From: a virus
Taxonomy: Duplodnaviria > Caudoviricetes
Length of the DNA: 51,151 bases
Direction: 5' to 3' (one strand)
IMG/VR virus record: IMGVR_UViG_3300046170_000002
Span: 1-51,151 of that record
Shown: one piece after another, positions 1 through 10,584 of the stretch
Position numbering within the stretch: position 1 is the first letter of the stretch
Layout: the number at the start of each line of letters is the position of its first letter
Notes under the pieces: model-generated
What the model was told of the DNA's origin: nothing
Seen by the model: the letters and a program-made list of their open reading frames with translations, nothing else
The model's database searches: none
Program-made: the position numbers and the translations under genes

Positions 1-101
1 ACACCATCTTCTTTGATGACTGTAGCTGTTCTTACATGAATTGCTCTATGTTCTCCTACAACTTCTATTTTATCTTCTATTATTTCTTTTGTTATTGCCA
101 T
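1..101 (-). CDS. Small tail-fibre-associated protein, 3'-truncated by the window edge
   Basis: ATG at 101 with AGGAGA Shine-Dalgarno; reads MAITKEIIEDKIEVVGEHRAIHVRTATVIKEDG off the edge; lies directly downstream of the tail-fibre gene. Confidence 0.65.
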   Translation of the reverse strand, partial: MAITKEIIEDKIEVVGEHRAIHVRTATVIKEDG

Positions 102-153
102 TCTATTTTCTCCTATGTCCGTACCTAGAATCCACTAGGTATATTAGTTATTA

Positions 154-3100
154 TTATGCATCTGTAAAATATTGAAATCCTACTGAAACTGTATCAATTC
201 CAGATGCAAAAAGATTTGAATTTAAAGTGCTAGAACCTCCATTATCTTCACATACTGTAATAGTGAAATAATCATCCCCCTCAATCATTTCAGCTACTAA
301 ATATCCTGACGTACCCCAAGATAAGCCTCCTATTTTTACAGTTCCAAAAGACCTACCACTTAAACTATCTAAATTTGCTACTGTAAAAGGTAAAGAAATA
401 CGAGCATCACCCTGTGGGCTTGATTGAGAATCGCTTCTTATAATCCCTGTTATAGTTACTAATCTGCCTACTTTTGTGTATGCATATTTTGTATAACTAT
501 TTATTGTTACACTGCCACTTGTTGCTGGTGTAATAGTTGGTGAGTAAGTACCTTCTTCATAATCGTCAAGTTTGTTTGCTGAACCTGTACCGCCTAGATA
601 AGCACCACCACCAAGGTAAATATCTTTCCATGTATAAGAAGAAGAACCAAGGTCGGTGGCACCATTGGTAGCATCTCCTGAATTATCTGTTGCGTATACT
701 ATGCCTGTACCAAAAGACAAGCCTGAATGACCTGAAGATGTACTGTGTATTTTTAAGTTATTACTACTAACAACACCAATACTTCCAACTGTTGAGCCAT
801 CTTTTTTGAAAGTAGCAATATCACCATCAGAGCTTTTTCTATTTAATATCATTACTCCTGATGATTGGTCGCTACAAGCAAATATCTCTCCATTTACTGT
901 ATAAGAAGAACCTACTGTGCTTGTTGTATTAATATTGTTATAAACACTGCCAGTATGAGAAACCAACAAGTTGCCTGAAGAATCAATCCTAGCAACCTCA
1001 CTATCTGCCATATCAAAAATAGTAGCTGTTTGACTGTTTAATCTTAAATTACCATTTGAACCTGTGATATCAGCAGAAGCTCCAAAGCCTGTGTCTGTTA
1101 AAGTTATAATTGGGTCGTTAGCAGCAGATAAATGTAATAATGTTGAAGGACTATCGGTTCCAATTCCAACATTTCCTGCACTTATATGGTTTGCTGTACC
1201 ATCTGTATAAAAAGCAATTTTTTCTACACCACCATCATACATATGGAATCTACCACCATCCGTAGATTTTTCACCCATAGAAATTATATTATTTGTATTA
1301 CCATTTGCCTGAATTGATATTCCTGAGGCTGCAGAACTAACAGAACTAGATTTAACAGTTAAGGGTGAAGTAGGACTAGTCGTTCCAATTCCAAGCGATT
1401 CAGCACTTGCATCCCAGTATAGAGCTTGGCTAGTTCCTGTATCATCGTAGAAGGAGATGTCTCCTGTATCTGCAATATTAAAAAATCTCTTTCCATCAAT
1501 ATATGTAGCAAATCCAGATGACGCTTGTACGTTATCAGGGTCTATTTCAAGCCATGTTTGGGCGTTTGCAGTTCTTAGTTTTGTTGAGCCAGACACACCC
1601 GTATCTATTAATTGTAGTTGTGCAATACCAGCCTCTACAGTCAAACCATCACTTGTAACTGTACCTGTTACGTCTATGCCTGAAGAATCAATTATCATTC
1701 TCTCAGTTCCACCAGTATCAAATCTAATCTTATCTTCGTCTGAACTTTCTTCTACTTGTACTTTAGTATCTCCATCAGCATCTTCTAAAAGCAATGCAGA
1801 ACTAACAGTAGTGTTTACCCATGTTATACATTCTACTGCTGTTCCTGTTGGAGGAGCTTCAGAGAATGTTAAAGTTGTTCCAGATATAGAATAAGTATCT
1901 TTATGTTGAAGAACACCATCAATAGTAACTACCGTAGCATTTTCATTAACGGGTGCAGAAGTAAGTGTAAGTGTTGTATCACTACCATCTCCTGTCATAG
2001 TATTTAAAATAGGAGCAGTACCACCACCACCAATTGAACCCCAAGAGTCTGTATAGCCTTCAAAGCCACTTGTAGTTGTGTTATATCTAAAGTAACCTGC
2101 TGCAGGACTTCCGGGTCTTTGAGCTGTTGTACCTACTGGGACATGCACAGCATCTGTATTAGCTCCTAAGTCTAATGAGACATCTGGAGTAGTTTGATTG
2201 ATACCAACTCTATTAGTACTAACATCTGCAAACAATACACCACTGTCAACATTTAAATCTCCAGAGAATGTAGCAGCGTTAAAAGTTGTAGGTACTATAT
2301 TAGCAGTACCATTAAAGCTTACACCACCAATAGTTCTTGCAGTCTCTAAAGCTGTTGCAGTAGCTGCATTACCTGTAGTATCTTGATTCAGTGTACCGAT
2401 TGTAAAGTCTAAAGTATTGTCATCGTCTTGGTAAGCTACTGTAATGTTTGTTTCAGTATTACTTGATACCATTGCACCAACTGTATCAGCTATAACTTCT
2501 GATAAGTCTATGTTAGCTGTACCATCAAAAGATACACCATGAATAGTTCTAGCTGTTTCTAATGCTGTAGCTGTTGCAGCGTTACCAGTTGTATCTTGGT
2601 TAAGTGTGCCAATTACAAAGTCTAATGTATTGTCAGCATCATCGTAAGTAACTGTTATGTTTGTTTCTGTGTTGCTAGATACCATTGCTCCAACAGTATC
2701 TGATATAGTTTCTGCTAGAGTTATACCACCTATAGTGATTGCATCAGCTTCTAAAGTTCCATCAATGTCAGCATCACCTGATATGTCTAAGGTAGCTGCA
2801 TCTAATTCACCACTAATGGTTATGTTTCTACCACCTGTAATGTCTTTGTTAGCATCTGTGATAATAGCTTTACTTGCTATAACAGTTCCGTTAGTTATAC
2901 CATCTATTAAGTTAATGTCTCCTGCACTCGCTGTAACGCCATCTAAGATGTTTAATTCATTAGTTGTAGCAGTTACTCCATCTAATAAATTTAATTCAGC
3001 AGCAGTGCTTGTAACGCCATCTAGGATATTTAGTTCTGCTGCAGTTGATGTAACTCCATCAAGTATGTTTAACTCTGCTGCTGTACTTGTAACACCGTCA

Positions 3101-3955
3101 AGGATGTTTAACTCTGCTGTAGTGCTTGTAACACCATCCATGAGATTAAGTTCTGCAGTTGTAGCTGTAACTCCATCAAGGATATTAAGTTCATCTGTAG
3201 TTACTGTAGCACCATCTAGTATTTCTAACTCTGCTTCAGAGATATCAGCACTGCCAATTACAAAGCTTGTACCTGTAATTGTAGTACCTGTAATAGCTGC
3301 AGCACTTGAACCACCAATAATAGCACCATCAATAGTACCACCGTTAATGTCTGCTGTATCAGCTACAAGGCTGTCAATGTTTGCAGTACCATCTATGTAA
3401 AGGTTTCTCCACTCTTGTGAAGAACTACCTAAGTCATAACTGTCATCATCATCTGGGATAATGTTTGAGTCTACGTCAGCACCGAAATACTACGTTATCA
3501 GTAGCTGCATCACCCATAGTAATTGTACCACCGTTAAAAGTTGTAGTACCTGTAACTGTTAGATTACCACCTACTGCTACATTACCTGTAGTTGTAATAG
3601 TATCTGTATATGTATCTTTAAATCTTAAACTTGTTGTACCTAAATCTATATCACTATCTGTAACAGGTATAATAGCACCATCAGCTATGTATAGTTGTTG
3701 TACAGGTGCTGAAGATACTTCAACATAAAATTCTATGTAGTTATTAGTAGTATCTATTAAGACTTTATTGTTTGGAGAAGTTTCACCAGCATCACCAATT
3801 AATCCTATAACTGGTCCACTAGCTGCTGTACCATCATGGCTGTGACCAGATGTATTACTAAATGCGTTTACTAATTGGTTATATTCGTTATTGAATAAAG
3901 CAGCAGTAATTGTATCTCCGTCTGCAAAAGTACTTTGTCTTGTATATCCTGCCAT
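154..3955 (-). CDS. Long tail fibre protein (~1266 aa), split by one extra base at 3484-3487
   Basis: ORF 3476-3955 (MAGYTRQSTFADGDTI..., fibre N-terminal anchor) joins the frame of ORF 154-3141 if TTTC is read as one Phe codon (VVFGADVDSNIIP...); no stops in between; GNVGIGT-type fibre repeats. Confidence 0.85.
2295..2715 (-). repeat. Tandem duplication of a ~70-aa block (DTVGAMVSSNTETNITV...ALETARTIxGVSFxGTANI)
   Basis: Two near-identical copies in the fibre translation. Confidence 0.85.
2900..3222 (-). repeat. Tandem 39-nt (13-aa) repeat LDGVTSTAAELNI, about 8 copies
   Basis: Visible directly in the translation of the tail fibre. Confidence 0.85.
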
Positions 3956-5871
3956 TATGCACTCTCCAATGTTTCTATTCTAGTTTTTAAATCATCAATT
4001 ATTGTTTGTTGATTGTCCACTTTGTCGGACAACTCTTGTATAGCTTTAGTTAAAAGAGGTACAAGTTTGCTTTGGTCAATGCCTTGATATTCAGGATTGC
4101 CTTCATCATCAACTGCATCTTTTTCACCTGTAATAGCTTCAGGAACTATGTCTTGTACTTCATGTGCTAAGAAACCATCAACTGTATTATCTGCATCAGC
4201 TATAAAGTTAAATCTAGCTGGTTTTAATTGTGCAACTCTATCAAGAGCATTAAATGTGTAATCTACATTTTCTTTTAATCTGTAGTCTGAAGATGTGTTG
4301 TAAGAGGTTGCACTGGTTGTTACGCTTATAGTTCCTACACTAGCAGCATCTCGCAAAAAACTAACAACATTACCATTACTGTTTTCTCTTTTAAAGTAAG
4401 CAGCTATATCATTAAATCTTGATGAAACTATAAAACCATCATTACCAACACCAACACCTTGTTGTCCGTCCGATAATAGTGTTGCAGGAGTTTGAGTAGT
4501 ACCCACCATCAAGTTGCCTGAAGAATCAATCCTAGCTCTTTCTGCAAAAGTATTAGTACCACTACGATTTTCAAAAATAATTAAATTACAAGTAGCTGTA
4601 CCTGCTGCTCCATAAGCCTTTAATGCAACATTCCCTCCATACTGGTCTCCTGCATTACCACCTAAATATATTGAAGCACCAGAACTGCTATTATCTGCAA
4701 AAGTAGGAGTAGTTGTAGATTCACTATTAACAACACTAGCAGTTATAAACATTCCTTGTGAACCTGATGGTGCAAGAGACCTACTTATTACAGGAGTTGT
4801 ACTTGCACTTGCTCCAACATGGAAAACACCTCTAACATCAAGTTTTGATGTAGGACTACTCGTTCCAATTCCAACGTTGCCTGAATTATCTAAACGAAGT
4901 TTTTCTGACCAAGTTAAAGCTGCACCTGCTCCAGAAGTATTATTACCTGCTGTTGCTATAGAATAACTTCCATTTACAGAACTAATTACCTGACGAGCAG
5001 CATAACCATTGCCAATGTACTTTTCACCAGAGTTGTAATACCAGTTTTGAGATAAGTACCCTGTTCCTGCGTGTTCCGCTAAAACTGTTTGGCTTTTCAT
5101 TTGTAAAATATTAGTTACAGTATTCCAAGAACTAGGGGTTCCACCAATTCCAATATTGCCTGAACCATCAATACGCATTCTTTCTGTTGAGTTAGTAGAT
5201 ACAGCTAATGTTGCAGAAGCTGGTGAGTAAATTTTTGGAGTTGTGCCGCCAACAGAACCATTACCATTTGACGGTGAAAAATTATTTGCATGAACTGTAC
5301 CATCTTGTCTAAGTGTTACAGCATCTGAAGCATTTGCAGTAGTTGAACCTGTAATAACATTACCTGAAGAATCAATGGAGAGTCTTGTTGCTGCTGCTGT
5401 TTTATCGTATATACCAAAACTACTTCCAACTGATAATGCCCAATCTCTAGTTGCATTATCTAAACTAACAAATGTATAAGCACCAGTTGTTTCAAATTTT
5501 GCAACATCAGTTGAAGATGAAGAAACATGAAGGGTATTTGCAGGACTAGTCGTTCCAATTCCAACATTGCCTGAAGAATTAATACGCATGGCTTCGCCTG
5601 AACCAAAAGTACCATTATTGACGTTAAATTGTAATCCTTTACCAGCACCGCCTTGCATAACAGCTAAATCTGATTTAAAACCAAACATAGAACGACTACC
5701 TGCTACACCTATTGTTGTTTCTGCATTTGCATCTCCTACAGTTAATTCATGTGCAGGACTACTCGTTCCAATTCCAACATTTTCACTACTATCAATAGTT
5801 ATAGCTGTCGCATTACTATTATCTACAATACCCGTACTTAAAAGAGTTCTTGTTACTTTTGTTATTGCCAT
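3955..5871 (-). CDS. Tail fibre/spike with C-terminal intramolecular chaperone (peptidase S74-like)
   Basis: Repeated RIDSSGNVGIGTxSP motifs; TSSDYRLKENV...GFLAHEVQ...IDQSKLVPLL followed by a coiled coil. Confidence 0.85.
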   Translation of the reverse strand: MAITKVTRTLLSTGIVDNSNATAITIDSSENVGIGTSSPAHELTVGDANAETTIGVAGSRSMFGFKSDLAVMQGGAGKGLQFNVNNGTFGSGEAMRINSSGNVGIGTTSPANTLHVSSSSTDVAKFETTGAYTFVSLDNATRDWALSVGSSFGIYDKTAAATRLSIDSSGNVITGSTTANASDAVTLRQDGTVHANNFSPSNGNGSVGGTTPKIYSPASATLAVSTNSTERMRIDGSGNIGIGGTPSSWNTVTNILQMKSQTVLAEHAGTGYLSQNWYYNSGEKYIGNGYAARQVISSVNGSYSIATAGNNTSGAGAALTWSEKLRLDNSGNVGIGTSSPTSKLDVRGVFHVGASASTTPVISRSLAPSGSQGMFITASVVNSESTTTPTFADNSSSGASIYLGGNAGDQYGGNVALKAYGAAGTATCNLIIFENRSGTNTFAERARIDSSGNLMVGTTQTPATLLSDGQQGVGVGNDGFIVSSRFNDIAAYFKRENSNGNVVSFLRDAASVGTISVTTSATSYNTSSDYRLKENVDYTFNALDRVAQLKPARFNFIADADNTVDGFLAHEVQDIVPEAITGEKDAVDDEGNPEYQGIDQSKLVPLLTKAIQELSDKVDNQQTIIDDLKTRIETLESA

Positions 5872-5877
5872 TTGTTT

Positions 5878-7473
5878 TTATCTCCTGCCTGAAGGTATGT
5901 AATCTACATAAAAGCCATTAATTGTATAAGGTGCTTTTGTGTCCTCACTAATTATTGTAAAATTGTTACTTGTCCCACTTCCTTGTAACGGAACTCTTAT
6001 CAACGGATTAGAAGCTCCACCAAATACGTTAATATTAAATACAGCATCACTAAACTTAGAAGGAGGGTCTATAGTTCCTAAATCAAATAAATCTGCTGGT
6101 TGTGGTATGTCTGTACTACTATAGTCAAATCTAACTTGAACATCAGGTTCTACGACTCCTTCAGCCGATGCAGAAACTCTAAGATAGTGTAAAGTTTTTA
6201 AAGTTCCTAAATCACCATAATCATAATTAGGAGTTTCGTATCTTGCTAAAACTTCACTACCGTTAAAGTTATTACCTGTATCATGTGAATAAATATATCC
6301 GTCTGTATCTCCATGATAATATTTTTCTATACCGTTTGTATTAAATCCAGAACCTATAGCTGTAACTTCTATTCCTCTAGTCTCTGACCATTGAAATCCA
6401 TCAGGTCTTAATGTGCCTATGATTCCTCTTTGAGTTGTATTATCAGCTCCTGTATTTGTATAAAATAATCTGTACTGTGATTTTTCTCTTAATACTACAC
6501 TACTAATAGTGTATAAATTTATATTGTTTGCTAAGTCTGTAACAGTTGGTTGTATAGCTTTACTAACTGTACCTAACTCAACGTCACCAATTCTCGCTGT
6601 ACCAGCAACTGTTCTTAGTCCATCTGGTGCTAAGAATATTAAGTCACCACCAATCTCTTGAATACTATAACCACTTAAACAACCTACGTTTTCTGCAACA
6701 GGTACAACTGCTACAGTTTGACTATTGTTTATGTTTATAAGTTTGTGAATACTATTTTCACAAAATATAAATAAGTCTTGACGGAAACCTCTAACTCCTA
6801 CAACTTTGTCTGAGATAGTTACAGCTCCTGCTCCAGTACCACCAAAGTCTAAAGGGTCATTGTAAACACTATAGTAAACTGTATTCTCGTTATCTTCTAC
6901 ACCAGCAGCTATTAAATGATGGTCATGTGAAGTTATAAAAGTAGCATGTTTAGTTCCTGTTACTGTTATTTCTTCTGTAAAATATGTTCTAGCACTTAAA
7001 GCTCCAGCACCTTCCATTCTAAAACTAAAAGGTTTATTAGCTCCATCAGCTATGACTATTGTTCCATAGTCTTGTGCAGCACCTTCAAACATTGCAAATT
7101 GTACTTGCCCTTGTCCAGTTCTAGCTGTAACACTTTTTCCTGTAAAGGTTGAGTAGTTATCTCCACTACTATGAGATAATTTATTTATCTGTAAGTAAGT
7201 AGTTCCGTCTTGTGTAAAGTATATATTAGTACCTGCACAAACAACAACTCCATCTGCATAAGGCATAACACCTAATATATTAGTGGTACTTCCTGTTGGT
7301 TGATTAGTTCCAAACTTTTCATAACCATTAATACGTCTATAACCACCCTCTATAGAGACTTCAAAGTTTCTAAGTTCTGTAGCTACTCCGGGAGTTCTTA
7401 GTAAGTCTATTGCGTTTGCAGAGTTTACTAAACCTCCAGCACATGCTACTGTAAATGGTTGTGAACGTGCCAT
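5878..7473 (-). CDS. Tail nozzle / tubular protein B (T7 gp12 / P22 gp10-like)
   Basis: 531 aa beta-rich protein between adaptor and fibres, the standard podovirus order. Confidence 0.7.
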   Translation of the reverse strand: MARSQPFTVACAGGLVNSANAIDLLRTPGVATELRNFEVSIEGGYRRINGYEKFGTNQPTGSTTNILGVMPYADGVVVCAGTNIYFTQDGTTYLQINKLSHSSGDNYSTFTGKSVTARTGQGQVQFAMFEGAAQDYGTIVIADGANKPFSFRMEGAGALSARTYFTEEITVTGTKHATFITSHDHHLIAAGVEDNENTVYYSVYNDPLDFGGTGAGAVTISDKVVGVRGFRQDLFIFCENSIHKLININNSQTVAVVPVAENVGCLSGYSIQEIGGDLIFLAPDGLRTVAGTARIGDVELGTVSKAIQPTVTDLANNINLYTISSVVLREKSQYRLFYTNTGADNTTQRGIIGTLRPDGFQWSETRGIEVTAIGSGFNTNGIEKYYHGDTDGYIYSHDTGNNFNGSEVLARYETPNYDYGDLGTLKTLHYLRVSASAEGVVEPDVQVRFDYSSTDIPQPADLFDLGTIDPPSKFSDAVFNINVFGGASNPLIRVPLQGSGTSNNFTIISEDTKAPYTINGFYVDYIPSGRR

Positions 7474-7476
7474 ATT

Positions 7477-8244
7477 TTAAAAGTAAGTTCTATCGTCTGT
7501 CATATACTTTGGAGCTGGATTCATAAGATTAGATTTCATATACTTCATACCTTTCTTATAATCATCCAATGCGAAAGCTGCTTGTTGTGGGCTTTCTTTA
7601 AACTGCCAAATGTAATAACGAACTCTAGCTGTTATTATATTACTGTATTGCTCTGGTAAAGTGATTGTATCATCATATGTTGATAACGCAGTCGGTCTTA
7701 CAAAAGCATAAAAGTGTATATTATAAACCTTATCAGGTATTGGACTTAATCCAAACTTTCTATTGTCAGGAGACTTGATAACAAATCTAGGCTCTCCATG
7801 GTTTTGAGTATCTGCATCATCTGCATTCTCACTGTCTCTGTAGTATCTTGTCCAGTCTGTATTCGTAAGAAACTTTAAACCTTTAGAGACATAAGGTGTT
7901 GTTTCTCCACTTACGTTGATTGTTGTAACATAAAAGTCATCCCAATCTATTGATGCGTAGTCTGTAGCAATACTAGAACTACCATCTTTTAAAGTGTACC
8001 ATCTTTGTCCTGCTACAGTAGGTACAGTTACGTTTCCATAGAAAGGGTCAGTAGCTCCACTTACGTTTGCAGCAAAGAAAGGTAATTGTGGTTCTTCGTT
8101 GGCTATATCAAAAATTGCTTTGTTTATACTATCTTTTACAAACTTTTGAAGACCTACAGCAGTTGCAAAGTTTGCAGACGTTAAAGGTATTTCATTAAGT
8201 TCTCTTAATACTTCGTTAGTTATGTCAAGATATGTAGTAGCCAT
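7477..8244 (-). CDS. Head-tail adaptor / tubular protein A (T7 gp11-like)
   Basis: MATTYLDITNEVLRELNE N-terminus and LSPIPD motif; position after the capsid gene. Confidence 0.7.
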   Translation of the reverse strand: MATTYLDITNEVLRELNEIPLTSANFATAVGLQKFVKDSINKAIFDIANEEPQLPFFAANVSGATDPFYGNVTVPTVAGQRWYTLKDGSSSIATDYASIDWDDFYVTTINVSGETTPYVSKGLKFLTNTDWTRYYRDSENADDADTQNHGEPRFVIKSPDNRKFGLSPIPDKVYNIHFYAFVRPTALSTYDDTITLPEQYSNIITARVRYYIWQFKESPQQAAFALDDYKKGMKYMKSNLMNPAPKYMTDDRTYF

Positions 8245-8390
8245 TATTTTTTATGTACCTTTTGAATTGGAAAGTTTGCTTCTAAACTTGCACCTTTATG
8301 TTTTACAAACTTACCTGTGTGTTTCATTAATTTAAACGTACCATTTTTTTGTTTCATCCAATGGTGTCCTTTTGGTGCTTTAACTTTCAT
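8244..8390 (-). CDS. Small basic protein (48 aa, MKVKAPKGHHWMK...)
   Basis: Internal ATG of ORF 8244-8444, just after the stop of the upstream small ORF. Confidence 0.55.
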   Translation of the reverse strand: MKVKAPKGHHWMKQKNGTFKLMKHTGKFVKHKGASLEANFPIQKVHKK

Positions 8391-8391
8391 A

Positions 8392-8520
8392 TTAACAAGG
8401 TTTTCCTTTTGGACATTCACCATTCTTGTACATAGGTTGTCCACCTTTTTTATAAGAACTTCTTACTTCTCCACCAGCAGATTTTTTCTTACGTTTTTTC
8501 ATGTTACTTCCACAATGCAT
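8392..8520 (-). CDS. Small basic protein (42 aa, MHCGSNMKKRKKKSAGGEV...), not in the ORF track
   Basis: AGGAGA Shine-Dalgarno, ATG at 8520, TAA at 8392-8394. Confidence 0.6.
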   Translation of the reverse strand: MHCGSNMKKRKKKSAGGEVRSSYKKGGQPMYKNGECPKGKPC

Positions 8521-8534
8521 ATTTATCTCCTATT

Positions 8535-8563
8535 AAAAAGTGGAGGGTCAATTAAGACCCCCC
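8535..8563 (-). terminator. Intrinsic terminator after the major capsid gene
   Basis: GGGGGGTC-TTAATT-GACCCTCC hairpin followed by ACTTTTT on the minus strand. Confidence 0.75.
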
Positions 8564-8572
8564 GAGTGACAA

Positions 8573-9547
8573 TTAGTCAATTACATAGAATGCACTACAT
8601 AAAGCATCATCTCTAAGTACTTTCGCACCATAGACATGTAAGCCTCTTACTATATCACCAAATGATGATGGGTCTCTCAACACTTCAGTTGAAAGAATAG
8701 TATTAGCAGTAGCAGTTGATGAAATGTGACCAGCCATACATTTACCAGTAGCGTTAGATGTAGCAGCAACGTTGTTAGATTTGTACATGTCAAATCCTCT
8801 TAGTTTACCACTTGATACTAAACCATTTCTGATAGAGCCTTGTCCAGCGTTAAAGTCAACAGACATTAACTTAGAGTCAGCTTTAGCTAATTCTTCATAG
8901 AATGAAGGAGGAGCTACGAACCATCTACCTTCTTCAGGTACATTTTGTTCGTCTAATAGTTTAGCAAATCTTGCCATAAGGTCAATTGCATCTACACCAG
9001 TTCCGTCTGAACCTAATAGGTCTACAGAGTTAGTAGCGTGTCCTAATGTTGCATCAGCAGTTGCACTGTCTGAACCAATAATGTGGTCAGGTGATGAAGC
9101 TGAACATCCAGCAAACATAGTTGCTAGAACAGCAGCATCATATGCATCTTTAAGAGCATACGCAGCAGATGATGAAGCTACTTCTTTGAAGTTGACATGT
9201 GACATTTTAGTTTCAATATCATCTACGATGAATTTGAAAGCTTTAGCACTATCAACAACAAGAGTTGTTTCAGCATCAGTTAGTTTAGTTGCAGTTGTGT
9301 CAGAACCTCTTGTATAGTCAGATACAGAGATTACTGGTTCACCAATGATTTTTACAGAGTCTCCGTAAGCAGATATCTCACCGGCATAGTCGGTGTTAGT
9401 AATAGCTTCAACTACACTTGCCTTTCTGAAAAAGTTAAGAACTTTCTTAGAGTATATGGAAGGTAGGAAGAAACTATTAGTTTGTCCACTAACGGAGTTT
9501 GCAAAGTTTGCATCGGTATCAGTTGAGGGTTCAAAATATTGAGCCAT
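8573..9547 (-). CDS. Major capsid protein
   Basis: 324 aa; FLPSIYSKK, NTDYAGEI, GDSVKI, DIVRGLHVYG motifs of podovirus HK97-fold capsids; follows the scaffold and precedes a terminator. Confidence 0.9.
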   Translation of the reverse strand: MAQYFEPSTDTDANFANSVSGQTNSFFLPSIYSKKVLNFFRKASVVEAITNTDYAGEISAYGDSVKIIGEPVISVSDYTRGSDTTATKLTDAETTLVVDSAKAFKFIVDDIETKMSHVNFKEVASSSAAYALKDAYDAAVLATMFAGCSASSPDHIIGSDSATADATLGHATNSVDLLGSDGTGVDAIDLMARFAKLLDEQNVPEEGRWFVAPPSFYEELAKADSKLMSVDFNAGQGSIRNGLVSSGKLRGFDMYKSNNVAATSNATGKCMAGHISSTATANTILSTEVLRDPSSFGDIVRGLHVYGAKVLRDDALCSAFYVID

Positions 9548-9571
9548 GATATATTCCTTTAGTTATAATAG

Positions 9572-10444
9572 TTATTTTACGATTCTGCCTTCTTGCATTG
9601 CATCTGATATCTCTTTTTCAAATTTATCAAATTCAGCAACACTCATTGCAGCAATCTCCTTTTCAGACCAAACCTTTTGTTGATTAGGTTCTATACTTTT
9701 TGTTTTAGTAGAAACCATATCAGCAGCAGATTTTCTAGTCTGTTTAGAAGATGACTCAGTCTTTGTAGGTTCAATTCCAAAATCCTTTTTAAACAAGTCT
9801 AAAGCACGTGAAGCTAGGTCAGCATCATTATCATTATCATATACCCAAGCTTGGATAGATGAATGTTGTTCTTTTGCCCAACCATGAAAATCATCACTGT
9901 TTCTAATATCTTCAAAATCAGGATGTCTTTCTATTAACCTTTTTTCTGCAGCTTCTCGTATTAAATTGTTTTCACGTTCTTGGAGTTTACTAAGGCGTTC
10001 TTCTAGAACTTTTGCTTTAGTCTCCGATTGCATATGAGCAACAGTTTCTACGACATCATAAACATCTGGATATTCATTCTTAAATTGTTCTAAGTCTTCT
10101 GGAGATTTAGGAGCTTTGTAGGTTGGTCTGCTATTAGCAGCTTCTTCTAAAAGTTCTTGTTCTCTAGATTTAAACTCATTAAGTTTGTTATCATAATGTT
10201 TTTTTAAATCATCATATCTTTTTTTATAATCTGGTTTCTTATAAGGAGTATCCAGATTTTCTGTTTTAACATTATCTGTAGATGTAACTTCAGTAATGTC
10301 ATCACTATCAAAGAGTTTATTCTTTTCAGAAGGCTCTTCAAAATATAATTGATTAGCAGGGGTAAAAGGTTTATCTTCTACGTGGTAATCTTTCTTTGCG
10401 TTATAAGGATTCGCTTGTTCTTCCTGTTGGACTGTATTAGTCAT
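9572..10444 (-). CDS. Capsid scaffolding protein
   Basis: Acidic coiled-coil protein, YKKRYDDLK and HPDFEDI motifs, C-terminal AMQEGRI; directly upstream of the capsid gene. Confidence 0.8.
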   Translation of the reverse strand: MTNTVQQEEQANPYNAKKDYHVEDKPFTPANQLYFEEPSEKNKLFDSDDITEVTSTDNVKTENLDTPYKKPDYKKRYDDLKKHYDNKLNEFKSREQELLEEAANSRPTYKAPKSPEDLEQFKNEYPDVYDVVETVAHMQSETKAKVLEERLSKLQERENNLIREAAEKRLIERHPDFEDIRNSDDFHGWAKEQHSSIQAWVYDNDNDADLASRALDLFKKDFGIEPTKTESSSKQTRKSAADMVSTKTKSIEPNQQKVWSEKEIAAMSVAEFDKFEKEISDAMQEGRIVK

Positions 10445-10461
10445 TTTCTATTCTCCTACTC

Positions 10462-10573
10462 AGGGCTTGTTTCACAAGGTAGCTCTATGTCGACTAGAGG
10501 GCTTGTTTGTAAAGGTAGCCTTTCGGTTATTAAAATGATAAAGGGCTGAGTAATTAATTCAGGTAGCTTTATC
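10462..10573 (-). promoter_or_regulatory. Three copies of a GCTACCT...AGCCCT hairpin motif in the scaffold leader
   Basis: Copies at about 10462-10483, 10498-10520 and 10537-10573. Confidence 0.6.
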
Positions 10574-10584
10574 GTTATAGTTGT

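Noticed and set aside
2900-3222. 39-nt periodic repeat as a CRISPR array
   Set aside because: In-frame coding repeat with synonymous variation and no unique spacers; no cas operon (the Cas4-like nuclease sits in the replication module)
1457-5902. Plus-strand ORFs opposite the tail-fibre genes (e.g. 2657-3400, 1457-1894)
   Set aside because: Antisense shadows of repetitive, codon-biased genes; no ribosome-binding sites or recognisable motifs
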